The notes: generated from the letters alone by a model not told the origin. A DNA stretch of 64,000 nucleotides from Truepera sp. (GCA_965218435.1 CBDCKW010000009.1:2240001-2304000), one strand, 5' to 3'. Shown: positions 19,402-30,195, counted from the first letter of the stretch. Numbers and translations are program-made.

Positions 19402-20412
19402 TTAATCCGGTAAGGGGCCGGTGCTGCCCCGCACAACCAGCTCGGGAGAAAAGACGAGCGGCCCGCGGCTTTGCCCCTCGAGTCGCCCCAGCAGCAGCTT
19501 CACCGCCCCCAGCCCCAGCTCACGTTTGGAGATATGCAGCGTGCTTAAAGGCGGGTGGAGCCACGCCGACGCCGGAATGTCATCATGTCCGACCACCATC
19601 ACCTCATCCGGAACCCGTACCCCGGCGTCAACAAGCGCCCGCAGCACGCCCGCCGCCATGATGTCGTTAAAGCAGATCAGCGCGTCGAACGGGAGGCCCC
19701 CCCGCGCGAGTTGGGTGATAAAGTCGTAACTCGCACCGGCACTCGAGTCTGTTTTGTAAACCTGAGCACCTTTTCCTACGGCCTCCACGAACGCCGCCTC
19801 ACGGACGCGGCTACTGCCAAAGCGTGACGGCCCCGCCAAAAACGCGAGCCGGGTTCGGCCCGCCGCGATAAGCCGCCGCACCGCCAGCTCAATCCCGGCC
19901 ACGTCGTCGATTACAATGCTCGCAGCCACCTCCGGCGGTACCGTCCGGCCAATGATGACCGCCGCTTTGAACCTCGTCAAAAAGCCAAAAAGCTCCTCGT
20001 CGGGGAGGCTCGGCGTATCTAAAATCACGCCATCCGCACCTCTATCTTGCAGCGACTCGAGCGCCGCCACCTCACGCGCCGCGTCGTGAAAGGCGTTACT
20101 CAAAAATAGGTTGTAGCCCCGCTCCCACGCGGCCCACTCCGCGCCCTGCGCGATTTCAGCGTAGTAGGGATTGTCTAAAATCGGGACGATCAGGCCCAGG
20201 GTCAGGCTCGAGTTCGTCGCCAGACTCCGCGCCACCCCGCTACGCCGGTAGCCGAGTTCACGGATCAGCCGCTCGATGCGGGCGGTGGTCGCCGCGCTCG
20301 TGTGGCCGGTACCGTTTAAGACCCTCGAGACCGTCTGTTTCGAGACGCCCGCCGCCCGCGCCACGTCCGCCATCGTTACTTTAGCTGTTACTTTGGGGGT
20401 CGGTTTGGCCAC
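19402..20412 (-). CDS. LacI-family regulator
   Basis: TMADVARAAGVSKQTVSRVLN; sugar-binding domain with VVGHDD, PPLST. Confidence 0.96.
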   Translation of the reverse strand: MAKPTPKVTAKVTMADVARAAGVSKQTVSRVLNGTGHTSAATTARIERLIRELGYRRSGVARSLATNSSLTLGLIVPILDNPYYAEIAQGAEWAAWERGYNLFLSNAFHDAAREVAALESLQDRGADGVILDTPSLPDEELFGFLTRFKAAVIIGRTVPPEVAASIVIDDVAGIELAVRRLIAAGRTRLAFLAGPSRFGSSRVREAAFVEAVGKGAQVYKTDSSAGASYDFITQLARGGLPFDALICFNDIMAAGVLRALVDAGVRVPDEVMVVGHDDIPASAWLHPPLSTLHISKRELGLGAVKLLLGRLEGQSRGPLVFSPELVVRGSTGPLPD

Positions 20413-20428
20413 AGCGCAGTGTAGCGCA

Positions 20429-20444
20429 GTGAGAGACCGCTCAC
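20429..20444. promoter_or_regulatory. Possible operator between lacI and pfkB
   Basis: GTGAG-AGACCG-CTCAC inverted repeat in the 61-bp divergent spacer. Confidence 0.3.
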
Positions 20445-20473
20445 CCTGACGCAGCTATCTTCTAAACTGGACC

Positions 20474-21367
20474 ATGCCCAAACACCGTGCGCTCGTCGTA
20501 GGTAATATCGGCCTCGAGACTTCGCTCAGGCTCACCTCTCCCCTTCCAGACGCCTCGAGCTACCAACCTCATAAGCTCGAGCTGGGCGTTTCAGGCGTCG
20601 GTTTTAACGTCGCGTACGCTTTACAAACGCTGAGTACCAACGTTCGTCTCGCCTCAGTGGTCGGCGCTGATACGGTCGGTGACTTTTTGCTTACCGAAAT
20701 GAGAAAGCTGGAAATAGACACCTCGTATCTACACATCGGTCAACGAACTGCCCGCTCGTTGGTCGTGTCGGACGCGTCCGGGGCGCGCCATGTGCATACC
20801 GATTTAGGCGGTGTGAAGGGCGCGGACTATCCGCTCGAGCGTTTTGATGCCGCACTTGGGGGGTGTGCGCTGGCGGTGCTGAGCAATATCGGGTACTCAC
20901 GTCCGTTACTCGCTCGCGCACTTTCTGCAGGTATACCGATCTCAACTGATCTGCACGCGATTCGAGACCTAAATAACCCTTACGATCAAGACTTTTTAGC
21001 GGCGGCGACGCTGCTCTTTTTTAGCGGCGAGCATCTTACAAACGCCCATCAAACTGTAGCTGAAGCTCGGCGACGGTTCGACCCGGAAGTCATCGTCGTG
21101 GGGCTCGGCGCTGAGGGCGCACTCTTGTCCGAACGGGGCCGTGACACCTTGCACGTCCCGGCCTTTCTAGCCCCGCAAATTGTCAGCACGGTGGGCGCAG
21201 GGGACGCATTGCACGCTGCTTTTTGTCACTTTTGGCTCCAGGGTGAGGTGCCTGAACAAGCACTTCGTTTCGCGTGCGCCTTTGCTGCACAAAAGATTCG
21301 CTCCGGTCAAGGCGGTCAAGGGTTTGTCAGTGAGGCCGAAGTGCGCTCGGCTGCTCTGTCTGGATGA
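20474..21367 (+). CDS. PfkB-family carbohydrate kinase
   Basis: GVGFNVA, VGADTVG, GLGAEGA, STVGAGDA. Confidence 0.93.
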   Translation: MPKHRALVVGNIGLETSLRLTSPLPDASSYQPHKLELGVSGVGFNVAYALQTLSTNVRLASVVGADTVGDFLLTEMRKLEIDTSYLHIGQRTARSLVVSDASGARHVHTDLGGVKGADYPLERFDAALGGCALAVLSNIGYSRPLLARALSAGIPISTDLHAIRDLNNPYDQDFLAAATLLFFSGEHLTNAHQTVAEARRRFDPEVIVVGLGAEGALLSERGRDTLHVPAFLAPQIVSTVGAGDALHAAFCHFWLQGEVPEQALRFACAFAAQKIRSGQGGQGFVSEAEVRSAALSG

Positions 21368-21548
21368 GCCGCTATTTGCTCGAGCCGCTAGAACAGAAGT
21401 GCGCAGATACGCACAGCCAACTAAAAGCAGGGTAGTGCCAGCTTTCCTTGCTCCAAAGCGTTTTACAATCAACCAAGACATTTGGGGGAGTAACTAGAAC
21501 GGATAGACACGCCCTAGTGTCAAGCTGAAGAATTCAGGGGGTAAAAAG

Positions 21549-22535
21549 GTGAATTATCGGTATCTGGGTCACACCGGCCTTAAGGTCAGTGAACTCTGTT
21601 TGGGCGCGATGACCTTCGGGCGCGAGTCGAGCGAGGAAGAAAGCCACGCGATGCTGGGGCGCTTTACCGAAGCCGGTGGCAACTTCGTTGACACCGCCGA
21701 CGTGTACAGCCGGGGCACCTCTGAGGAGATTTTAGGCCGCTGGCTGAAAGACCAAGAACGTGACGCGCTGGTTGTTGCGACCAAAGTGCGCTTTCCCATG
21801 AGCGACGACCCGAACGAAGCCGGTCTCGGCCGCAAACACATCATGCGCTCGGTCGAGCGGAGTTTGCGCCGTTTGCAAACCGACTACTTAGACCTCTATC
21901 AGGTTCACGCCTGGGACCCGAATGTCCCCTTAGAGGAAACTTTATCAACGCTCGATGAGCTTGTGCGGCGCGGGTGGGTGCGCTACTTGGGCGTGAGCAA
22001 CTTTACCGGTTGGCAGCTGCAAAAGGCGCTCGACCTATCCAGAACACACGGTTGGGAAACGTTTAGGTGTTTACAGCCGCAGTACAACCTCTTGTGCCGC
22101 TCGACCGAGTGGGAACTTATTCCGGTGACGCTAAACGAGGGCTTGGGCGTGATCCCTTGGAGTCCGCTGCGGGGCGGTTGGCTCTCGGGCAAGTTTCGCC
22201 GGGGGATGGAAACTCCACTCGGGGGTAGCCGCATCGAAAAGGCCGAACAAGAGGGCTGGGGCGAGTCGTGGAGTGCGTATAACAACGAACACACTTGGGG
22301 GGTCATTGACACACTCTTTGAGGTCACGGAAGAAATCGGCAAAAAACCCGCACAGGTGGCGATCAACTGGCTTTTGCAGCGCCCCGGCGTAACCGCGCCG
22401 ATTATCGGTACCCGGACGATGGCGCAGTTGGAGAGCAACCTGGGCGCGGTCGGCTGGGCTTTAGCCCCTGAGCATGTGGATAAGCTCAACCAGGCGAGTG
22501 CAGTGCAACTCCCTTATCCCTACGACGCTGTTTAG
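21549..22535 (+). CDS. Aldo/keto reductase
   Basis: [44 protein letters not shown]. Confidence 0.96.
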   Translation: MNYRYLGHTGLKVSELCLGAMTFGRESSEEESHAMLGRFTEAGGNFVDTADVYSRGTSEEILGRWLKDQERDALVVATKVRFPMSDDPNEAGLGRKHIMRSVERSLRRLQTDYLDLYQVHAWDPNVPLEETLSTLDELVRRGWVRYLGVSNFTGWQLQKALDLSRTHGWETFRCLQPQYNLLCRSTEWELIPVTLNEGLGVIPWSPLRGGWLSGKFRRGMETPLGGSRIEKAEQEGWGESWSAYNNEHTWGVIDTLFEVTEEIGKKPAQVAINWLLQRPGVTAPIIGTRTMAQLESNLGAVGWALAPEHVDKLNQASAVQLPYPYDAV

Positions 22536-22587
22536 TACTCAAAAATGATTCTTTAGCTCGAGGGTACTTTACGCTTCCAGCTCGCCT

Positions 22588-22623
22588 AAACCCTTGACAG
22601 CCGGTAGACCGTCAAGGGTTTTT
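22588..22623 (+). terminator. Rho-independent terminator
   Basis: AAACCCTTGAC...GTCAAGGGTTTTT. Confidence 0.75.
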
Positions 22624-22756
22624 GAAATGATTTCTAGAAAACTCGAGTTCGCAGAGGTTTAAGCTGTGCCTATTCGGTCTAGCTTTACGGTTTTACCAAA
22701 ATACTGGCGTTACCGTAGCGACCGTCTGGACACCCGACAAACCGACAGCACGTTCG

Positions 22757-23605
22757 TCAGCCGAATGCCAGAAAGATAACCCCGACCACCATGCCACTCG
22801 CGGCTAACAGCCGCCGCCGAACGTCCCCTTCGGCCAGCAAACGTGCGCCCAACAGAGCGCCGATCAGGATACTGATCTCACGAGTCGGCGCGACGTAACT
22901 CACGGGTGTGAAAGTGAGCGCAGTAAGCACCAAGATATAAGCCGACGGACTGAGCACCGCAATGACGAGGGCCTCGAGCCTGTGACGCCGCCACGTGTCC
23001 CGGAGCTCTCGAGGGTTTTTGAGTACGCTGGGCGAGAGGAGCAGCGCCCGAAAGCACTCGGAGAGCCACATAAAAATCAGCGGCGGCGCAGCCAGACGGC
23101 TAACCGCGTAGCCGTCCCACACGGTATAGATAGCGATACACACGCCGGTTGCCAAACCGTACAGGACAGCCGGGCCGCGTCCATACCGAGGTCCACCCGT
23201 CAGCACAACCACGCTGACGACAATGAGCAGCGTGCCGGTCAGCGCCAGCGCCGTGGGGCGCTCGCCCAAAAACAAAACTGCGCCGAGCGTGGCGAGCAGC
23301 GGGCCGGAACCTCTCGCCAACGGGTAGACGAGCGACAAGTCACCGGTACGGTACCCACGCTGCAACAGTAAAAAGTAGGCGATGTGAATGACGGCGCTGC
23401 CGACGATAAAAAGTAGCGTCAGGGAGTCTAGTCTCACGTTTTGCCACCGCCAATACAAGATACCGACAGGCGCGTAAATCACGGCGGTAAGGGCCGCGAA
23501 AAGCCAGGTAAAGACCACGCCGCCCCCGGCGCGTTTGGCAAAAAAGTTCCAGCCCGCGTGCATGAACGCTGAAGTGACGACGAGAGCAAGGGCCAGCAAG
23601 GTCAT
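22757..23605 (-). CDS. DMT/EamA-family transporter
   Basis: SAFMHAGWN, GDLSLVYPLARG, YVAPTREISI; about 10 hydrophobic segments. Confidence 0.9.
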   Translation of the reverse strand: MTLLALALVVTSAFMHAGWNFFAKRAGGGVVFTWLFAALTAVIYAPVGILYWRWQNVRLDSLTLLFIVGSAVIHIAYFLLLQRGYRTGDLSLVYPLARGSGPLLATLGAVLFLGERPTALALTGTLLIVVSVVVLTGGPRYGRGPAVLYGLATGVCIAIYTVWDGYAVSRLAAPPLIFMWLSECFRALLLSPSVLKNPRELRDTWRRHRLEALVIAVLSPSAYILVLTALTFTPVSYVAPTREISILIGALLGARLLAEGDVRRRLLAASGMVVGVIFLAFG

Positions 23606-23716
23606 ATTATTTCTCCAAACGAAATACAGCCGTCCAGATAATAAACTACCCCGCCGCAAGCTGCAGAGAATCAGACTCTTATCAGCTTGAAAGGGATTGA
23701 GATGGTGTGTCAGCGT

Positions 23717-25015
23717 TTAGACCGGGGCGAGCAGCTCGGTTTTAAGGGCCTCAAGTGTTGGTGGCAAGGTCGGCACGTCGGTCGTAGCGTTGAGGGACCC
23801 CAGCGCCGTCACCGGGGGTAGGGTAATTCCCAACGCCGCCTCGACGGTGGGCTCGAACTTCGCAGGGTGCGCCGTTGCCAAAACGATCACAGGCGCGTCG
23901 TCGCCGGTTTCCTCGCGGTAACGCGCCGCCGCTTCAAAGCCGACCGCCGTGTGCGGACAGGCGATATACCCGTCATGCTCGTAAACCTGCCGGAGCCGCG
24001 TCTTCGTCACCTCGTCTGACACCGACGTGCTCCAGAGGCCCCCACCTTTTAGAGCACCTTCGCCCAGAAGCGCGTAAAGACGTTCAAAATTACTCGGTGC
24101 GCCGACGTCCATCGCATTAGAGAGTGTCGAAACAGTATCTCGAAAACCGCCGTGCGCGTAACGCGACGCCAAAAAGCCGGGGAAAAAGTCGTTCGCGTTG
24201 TGCGCCGCGATAAAGCCGGGTGCGTCAACACCCGCCTTACTCGCCAACATACCCGCTGTCAGATTACCCAGGTTACCGCTGGGAACGCAGAAAACAGCGT
24301 CTCCCAAACCTAAAGTTTTAGCTTGCAGCGCGGCCCAAAAATAATAGCTCGATTGCGGCAGGAGTCTGCCTAAATTGATCGAATTGGCCGACGATAAACC
24401 CAACTCGCGCAGCTCCGGGTCGGTAAACGCGGCTTTGACGAGCCGCTGGCACGCGTCGAAATCACCCTCGACGGCGTAGGTCCGTACCCCCGGACGCGAG
24501 TGGGTCAGCTGCCGCTCTTGCACCGCGCTCACTTTGCCTTTGGGATAGAGCAGCACCACGCCGAGGTTGTCTTGACCGGCAAAGCCGTCAGCGACTGCGC
24601 TGCCGGTGTCACCCGACGTTGCAACAAGAATCGTGAGATGGTCGCGTTTGTCTTCTAAAAACGCGTTTAGCAGCCGCGCCATGGTGCGTGCGCCGACATC
24701 TTTGAACGACAGAGTAGGGCCGTGAAAGAGCTCGAGCACCCCCAACCCGTCGCCCAACTGAACGAGTGGAACGGGAAACTCGAGCGCATCTTGCGTGATC
24801 GCCAGGAGTTTATCCCGGCTCAGCTCCTCGCCTACCCACGGCGTCAGCACCTGCGCCGCCAACTCGGGAAGGCTCGCTGCTTCTCTCCAAGCGGGTGACA
24901 ACCGCGGAACCTGTTCGGGAATGTAGAGCCCGCCGTCCGGCGCAAGTCCCGTTAAGACCGCGTGACGAAATGAAACCGGGCGTTTTTGAGGGTCCCTGGT
25001 GCTGTAAAAGTTCAT
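23717..25015 (-). CDS. thrC: Threonine synthase
   Basis: GLAPDGGLY, ELFHGPTLSFKD (PLP lysine), ATSGDTGSA, SANSIN, TAHPAKF. Confidence 0.97.
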   Translation of the reverse strand: MNFYSTRDPQKRPVSFRHAVLTGLAPDGGLYIPEQVPRLSPAWREAASLPELAAQVLTPWVGEELSRDKLLAITQDALEFPVPLVQLGDGLGVLELFHGPTLSFKDVGARTMARLLNAFLEDKRDHLTILVATSGDTGSAVADGFAGQDNLGVVLLYPKGKVSAVQERQLTHSRPGVRTYAVEGDFDACQRLVKAAFTDPELRELGLSSANSINLGRLLPQSSYYFWAALQAKTLGLGDAVFCVPSGNLGNLTAGMLASKAGVDAPGFIAAHNANDFFPGFLASRYAHGGFRDTVSTLSNAMDVGAPSNFERLYALLGEGALKGGGLWSTSVSDEVTKTRLRQVYEHDGYIACPHTAVGFEAAARYREETGDDAPVIVLATAHPAKFEPTVEAALGITLPPVTALGSLNATTDVPTLPPTLEALKTELLAPV

Positions 25016-25037
25016 TAAGACAACCTTACCGGTCTTT

Positions 25038-25322
25038 CTACCTTTTCGGGCGTTTGAACTGCATATAGTGCCACGTCACGCCGTTGGCCTGCATATCCTG
25101 GTTGACTACGTGACTGACTTTCCAGCCATCCTCACCGGAAAGCCGTAAAAACTCCGGCAACGTTTTAGCCGTCTCCCTTTTTTCGCTCAGCCAACCCGCC
25201 AAACGCTGACCGTTGACGTCTAGCAAGTTAAATTCTTGCGTGATACCTCGGCCCCGGTAGTCAAAACGAACTGAGAGACACTTCCGTACCGTCAGCCAAA
25301 CGGTTCTTGCGGGCACGTTCAA
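25038..25322 (-). CDS. Small hypothetical protein (DUF4177-like C-terminus)
   Basis: ATGA overlap with hom stop; GEDGWKV...FKRPK ending. Confidence 0.6.
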   Translation of the reverse strand: MNVPARTVWLTVRKCLSVRFDYRGRGITQEFNLLDVNGQRLAGWLSEKRETAKTLPEFLRLSGEDGWKVSHVVNQDMQANGVTWHYMQFKRPKR

Positions 25323-26362
25323 ACCCGCCCACCAACCATCAGGACTTCACCGAGCGGTTGGGTGCGGTAGTCTTGTGGAACCGCCGCCGCCCGCGCCAAC
25401 AAGCCGGGACCGGCGCGACCGGAAAGGGCGCTCATCAGGTCGGCTAACACGGCGCTCGCCGTCGGCGCTGCGCCCGCACCTGCGCCGGTTATCAGCACTT
25501 CACCTACGGCGTCGCCGCGAAAGAGCAAGCCGTTGCGGTTACTCGCCGACCCCGCCAGCGGGTGTTCGGGTGGCAGGTAGACCGGGCGCACCGTCCCGCG
25601 CCACGCGCCGTCTTCGGGGTAGATGCTACCGACCAAGCGGAGCCGCCCGCCGTCTTCCATCGCTTCTTTGACAATCGCCGGGGTCAGGTGCCGGATGCCG
25701 TGCGTATGCGCCTGGACATCCTCCCACGAAAAATCCGGGTCGAAAGCCAAACGACCTAAAATGGTGAGTTTATGCCCTGCGTCGGTGCCGTCTACGTCAA
25801 CGCTCGAGTCGGCCTCGGCGTAGCCCAAAGCTTGCGCCTCTTTTAAGGCGTCGTCAAAGTCCGCGCCGCCCTCTAACTCGCCTAAAATATAGTTACACGT
25901 CCCGTTCAAAATCGCGTGCAGCTCTAGAGGTCTCGAGCCGCGCAGCACCCCCGCGAGCGGCTCGACCGCGGGTGTCCCGGCCATCACCGCCGCTTCAAAG
26001 TAGAGCGTACCGGCTTCAATAAACGGCCTAAACTCGTTCCACCTTTCGGCGAGCACCGCTTTGTTGGCCGTAATCACCCGTTTGCCCTTATTAAGTGCCC
26101 GGAGCATCAGGTCGCCCGCGTAGCCCGTGCCGCCGAGCAGCTCGATGATGATGTCGTTCTCTAAAACTACGTCGGCGTCGGTCGTGAGCGCCGAATGCGG
26201 TACGCAGCCGGGACGCGCCTTGTCGGGGTCGCGCACGAGTACCCGGCTGATTTCCGCCCTCAAACCCGCCTTACTAAAAAGGTCACAAAAACTGCTACCG
26301 ACTGTTCCTGCACCCAAAAGTCCAATCCGTGTCGTTTCGCCCGTCAGGGTGCCCCGTGTCAT
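25319..26362 (-). CDS. hom: Homoserine dehydrogenase
   Basis: GAGTVG, VITANKA, FEAAVMAG, ILNGTCNYIL, GYAEAD. Confidence 0.96.
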   Translation of the reverse strand: MTRGTLTGETTRIGLLGAGTVGSSFCDLFSKAGLRAEISRVLVRDPDKARPGCVPHSALTTDADVVLENDIIIELLGGTGYAGDLMLRALNKGKRVITANKAVLAERWNEFRPFIEAGTLYFEAAVMAGTPAVEPLAGVLRGSRPLELHAILNGTCNYILGELEGGADFDDALKEAQALGYAEADSSVDVDGTDAGHKLTILGRLAFDPDFSWEDVQAHTHGIRHLTPAIVKEAMEDGGRLRLVGSIYPEDGAWRGTVRPVYLPPEHPLAGSASNRNGLLFRGDAVGEVLITGAGAGAAPTASAVLADLMSALSGRAGPGLLARAAAVPQDYRTQPLGEVLMVGGRV

Positions 26363-26404
26363 AAAGCCGAGGATATCACGGGGCGCAAGTTTAAGGTTAA
26401 AGGC

Positions 26405-26992
26405 GTGAAGCCTTCCCTAAAGATTACGGCGATCTCCTCGAGCCTTGACCCCGAAAGCCGCAGCAGACAAATCGCTGAACTTTGCACTGAAAAATTGCGG
26501 GCACGGCAGGTTGACACTATGCTTATAGACCTACGCGAGACAAAACTCGGACGCTTCGACAACGATACGGTTTACGGGACACCTGAATACCTCGAGCTGC
26601 ACGCGCAGATTGCCCAGGCTGACGGACTGCTCTTATGCACCCCAATCTACAACTGGTCGGTCAGCAGTGAACTTAAAAAACTGATTGAGGTCACGGGCTC
26701 AACCCCGCCGGACGGCTCAATGCGCGGCGCTTGGTTCGACAAAGTGATCACCTTTGCGGGTACTGCTGGCTTGCCGCATAGTTACATGGCCTTCAGCACC
26801 CTCGCCACCACGCTGATGCTCGACTTTAAGTGCGTCATTAACCCTTATCAGATTTATCTCCATAACCGGCACTGGACGGAAACCGGTTTGAGCGAGGAGG
26901 CGCAAGCGCGGATAGATAAAACTTTGGGGGTGATGCTCGAGCTGACCACTCTCTTACAGCCCCGCACTTATACCTCTGACTGGGAGCTTTAG
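26405..26992 (+). CDS. NADPH-dependent FMN reductase family
   Basis: ISSSLDPESRS, ADGLLLCTPIYNWS; GTG start 7 nt after TAAGGT. Confidence 0.88.
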   Translation: MKPSLKITAISSSLDPESRSRQIAELCTEKLRARQVDTMLIDLRETKLGRFDNDTVYGTPEYLELHAQIAQADGLLLCTPIYNWSVSSELKKLIEVTGSTPPDGSMRGAWFDKVITFAGTAGLPHSYMAFSTLATTLMLDFKCVINPYQIYLHNRHWTETGLSEEAQARIDKTLGVMLELTTLLQPRTYTSDWEL

Positions 26993-27085
26993 GAAAGCTT
27001 GATATACTTCAAGGTTGAGACGCGCCATCAGTGAGCAGTTAGGCGCACATTAGCTGGACACACAAGTACGACCTTGAGGAGTTTC

Positions 27086-28168
27086 ATGTTAGGAATCGGC
27101 ATCGTCGGCTTACCCAATGTCGGCAAATCTACCTTGTTTAACGCCATCACCAAAGCGAGCGTCGAAGCGGCCAACTATCCGTTTGCCACAATTGACAAAA
27201 ACGTCGGCGTCGTCGCCGTGCCTGACGAACGGCTCGACGCTTTGCGCGATTTATATACCAAATCACGTGTGCCGCCCGTTGTCCCGACCACCGTCGAGTT
27301 TGTAGACATCGCCGGACTGGTCAAAGGTGCCAGCCAGGGTGAGGGTTTGGGCAATCAGTTTTTAGCCAATATCCGCGAGGTTTCGGCGGTTGCGCATGTG
27401 GTGCGCTGCTTTGAAGACGAGAACATCTTGCACGTCGCTGGGGCGGTTGACCCTTTGAGTGACATCGAAACGATTCACACCGAGCTGGCGTTAGCTGACC
27501 TGAGCAGCCTCGAGAAACGCCATGACAAACTTCGGCGGAGCGCGAAAAGTAACAAAGACGACGCTGAGCTTTTAGCCGCAGCCGACGCGCTGATTGCCAA
27601 ACTTTCGGACGGCGTTCCGGCGCGGCAGAGCGGGTTGGAAGTTCCCAAAGACTTCAATCTGCTCACGGCCAAACCTGTAATCTATGTGTGCAACGTCGCG
27701 GAGGACGAAGCGGGCACGGGCAACGCTTTCTCAGAGAAAGTCCGTGCCTACGCCGAGGCCGAGGGCTCGGAGACGGTGATTATTTCAGCCAAGCTCGAGG
27801 GTGAACTCGGCGAACTCCCGGAGGACGAAGCGGGCGAGTTTTTAGCTGATTACGGCCTCGCCGAACCGGGCTTAAACCGCCTGATTCACAGCGGTTACGA
27901 CGCGCTCGGGCTCCTAACCTTTTTAACTGCCGGTGAAAAAGAGGTGCGGGCGTGGACAGTCACCAAAGGCAGCAAAGCGCCGCAAGCGGCAGGCGAAATC
28001 CACACCGACTTTGAACGGGGCTTTATCCGCGCCGAAGTGATCGGTTGGGACAAACTCGTCGAGGCGGGCGGGACGGTCGCCGCCAAAAGTAAGGGTTGGG
28101 TACGAACCGAAGGGAAAGAGTACGTCGTGCGAGACGGCGATGTGATGAACTTTTTGTTCAACGTCTAA
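27086..28168 (+). CDS. ychF: Redox-regulated ATPase YchF
   Basis: GIVGLPNVGKSTLFN, DIAGLVKGAS, TGS domain IHTDFERGFIRAE. Confidence 0.98.
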   Translation: MLGIGIVGLPNVGKSTLFNAITKASVEAANYPFATIDKNVGVVAVPDERLDALRDLYTKSRVPPVVPTTVEFVDIAGLVKGASQGEGLGNQFLANIREVSAVAHVVRCFEDENILHVAGAVDPLSDIETIHTELALADLSSLEKRHDKLRRSAKSNKDDAELLAAADALIAKLSDGVPARQSGLEVPKDFNLLTAKPVIYVCNVAEDEAGTGNAFSEKVRAYAEAEGSETVIISAKLEGELGELPEDEAGEFLADYGLAEPGLNRLIHSGYDALGLLTFLTAGEKEVRAWTVTKGSKAPQAAGEIHTDFERGFIRAEVIGWDKLVEAGGTVAAKSKGWVRTEGKEYVVRDGDVMNFLFNV

Positions 28169-28213
28169 GCTCTAGGTCCGTGTGTTAGCGCGGCGAATGT
28201 AAATATCAAAGCA

Positions 28214-28696
28214 CTACGTTTCGCTAGAGGGCTCGAGCCCAAGCTTTAATCCTTCATGCGTCCCCCTAAACCCCAGCCGCTCATAAAACCTGAGCGCGTC
28301 GGGGCGTGCTTTGTCGGTCGTTAGCTGCACCACGCGGCAGTCCCTGGCCTTCGCCCGGTTTATGGCCCACTCGAACAATTGCTGCCCTATCTTTTGCGAA
28401 CGGTAGCCGTCCGCCACGCGCACGCCTTCGATAAGCGCACGCCAGCTGCCCCGATAGGTCAAGTAAGGGATAAAGGTCAGTTGCAAAACGCCTACGATTT
28501 CTCTACCGAGACAAGCGACGATGAGTTCGTTGTTCGGGTCGTCGGCGATAGCTTCAAACGCAGTGCCATAGGTTTCGGGTAAGGGGTCAGAGAACCGTTC
28601 TCTTCCCTTTCCGAGGGAGTCTGCCGCCAACATCTCTACAATTCGGGGCAAATCGTCCTTTACTGCCTGTCGAAATAAGAGCGCAGAATTGGTCAC
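28214..28696 (-). CDS. GNAT-family N-acetyltransferase
   Basis: IEGVRVADGYRSQKIG, VQLTTDKAR, FYERLGF. Confidence 0.93.
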   Translation of the reverse strand: MTNSALLFRQAVKDDLPRIVEMLAADSLGKGRERFSDPLPETYGTAFEAIADDPNNELIVACLGREIVGVLQLTFIPYLTYRGSWRALIEGVRVADGYRSQKIGQQLFEWAINRAKARDCRVVQLTTDKARPDALRFYERLGFRGTHEGLKLGLEPSSET

Positions 28697-29316
28697 GGAG
28701 TTTGCTCGAGCCCCGCTTGAGCCTCGGGCACCCGTAAATTTTGCCGACGCACCTTAGCCCACATGAGTAGCCCGAACCCCGCCGCCAGTAGCAGCATCGT
28801 CACGACGCCCACCGGAAAATAGATATGCGAACTCAGAAACGGCACGGCTGCGCCGCAGAGTAAAAGCGCACCGGGCAGCGCAAACCGGCCTACTCACTGG
28901 ATCAGTACGGCGCTCGTCAAGACGCACGCCAGTAAAAACGCCCACACCCCGATAAGCGAAAGTTCGTTGCCTTGAATAAAGAGCGCACGCACTGCCCCGC
29001 TCAGCTCAGGAGTGTTTGCGGTGGGGGCGTTTATGACCAAAGTACCCGTACCAATACCGCCTAAAACGTCGAGTGCGCTGTAAAAGGTGATGTACAAGAA
29101 GGCCATAACCCTGGCCGTCCACGCGGCCCAGCCGGAAAACCCGGCCAACAGCCACCACAAGTTGACGCCTAACAGGGGAAAGAGCGCGAGCAAGACGAGG
29201 TGCAGTGCATGCCAGTAAGACGCTGTTTCGGCGGTGAGAACGTGGGGATGCGTAGCGCCGAGCGCGGCCAGTAGCAGCGGAGCCGCGACGATGCCAAACG
29301 CTTTAGGGGTGTGCAT
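28693..29316 (-). pseudogene. Membrane protein gene interrupted by an in-frame TGA at 28894-28896
   Basis: Frame continues past the stop with two more hydrophobic segments (VGRFALPGALLLCGAAVPFLSSHIYFPVGVVTMLLLAAGFGLLMWAK...) to a TGA at 28693 that overlaps the GNAT start (GTGA). Confidence 0.8.
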
Positions 29317-29380
29317 AGCTCTAAGCTTAACGGTTTACGGTAAGATTAGCTTAAAGTAGCAAAAGTCGGACCTTACTCGC

Positions 29381-29914
29381 CTAGCGACACCATTTGGACT
29401 CAAGCCGTGGTTCAGCCAGCTCTCGGTAGTCCACGCCCTGCTCAGGTTGCGCTTCTAAAGGTGGGGCCGTAAAGGGTGCCCAACGGCAGTGACTGTCTTC
29501 AGCGGCGAGCATCAGATTAAGCCGCTCAGCTTGGGCGCGGGTCATCTGTTTATACGCTTTAACCGTCCCGTTGACCCGGCACTGCAGCTGAAAATTTTGA
29601 TTCGGCTCATGGGCGTTCTGCTTTAAGATGTCGGTCCAAAGTAACTGTTTTTTTAACAGATACTTGAGCGACGCCTCGAGACGCTGCAAGCTCAGCTCGG
29701 TGCTCAGCTGTGCCCCCAGCCGCTTTAGCTCGACCTTTTCCCGGTTATATAAGCGCCGACTCACGCAAACGCGGTAACGCGGCAACAGCCCCTCGAGCTC
29801 CTCTATCACCCTGTCAAGTTCAGTCTGACAGAGCTCTTTAAGGCGCTCTAAAACAATCTCTTTAGGATACTCCTGTGGAAGTTTAGTAACGACCTCTTTA
29901 CTCCGAACCATCAT
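29381..29914 (-). CDS. Hypothetical protein
   Basis: 177-aa charged, helical-looking ORF divergent from the Crp-family gene. Confidence 0.6.
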   Translation of the reverse strand: MMVRSKEVVTKLPQEYPKEIVLERLKELCQTELDRVIEELEGLLPRYRVCVSRRLYNREKVELKRLGAQLSTELSLQRLEASLKYLLKKQLLWTDILKQNAHEPNQNFQLQCRVNGTVKAYKQMTRAQAERLNLMLAAEDSHCRWAPFTAPPLEAQPEQGVDYRELAEPRLESKWCR

Positions 29915-30195
29915 CCATACCCCATACCGAAATGATGAAGCTCCGGCTGTCCGGCACGCTTATCCCTTGACCAAACAGCAGGCTTTTTGCAGACTTCCAT
30001 CTGGTTTTATTACTCTAAAAAAGACGAAGATGCGAGGCTAGACTCGTGAGCCCCGGCTTTTTAGTATCCAGGTATCGGCGGCTCGGCAGGGTTTTCGTAA
30101 TGTAGGCGTTTATTCGTCTCGGACGGCACCCGTATACTTTTGGTAGACATGTTTAGACGGTCTTTCAGATACTCCAGCCGAAAGGAGGGCACCTT

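Noticed and set aside
21435..21455. Intergenic frame encodes VPAFLAP, identical to a pfkB peptide at 21155-21175
   Set aside because: Every codon differs and similarity does not extend either side; treated as coincidence
28894..28896. Selenocysteine recoding of the in-frame TGA
   Set aside because: The position is a membrane-protein loop with no redox motif, and I see no convincing SECIS-like hairpin immediately downstream
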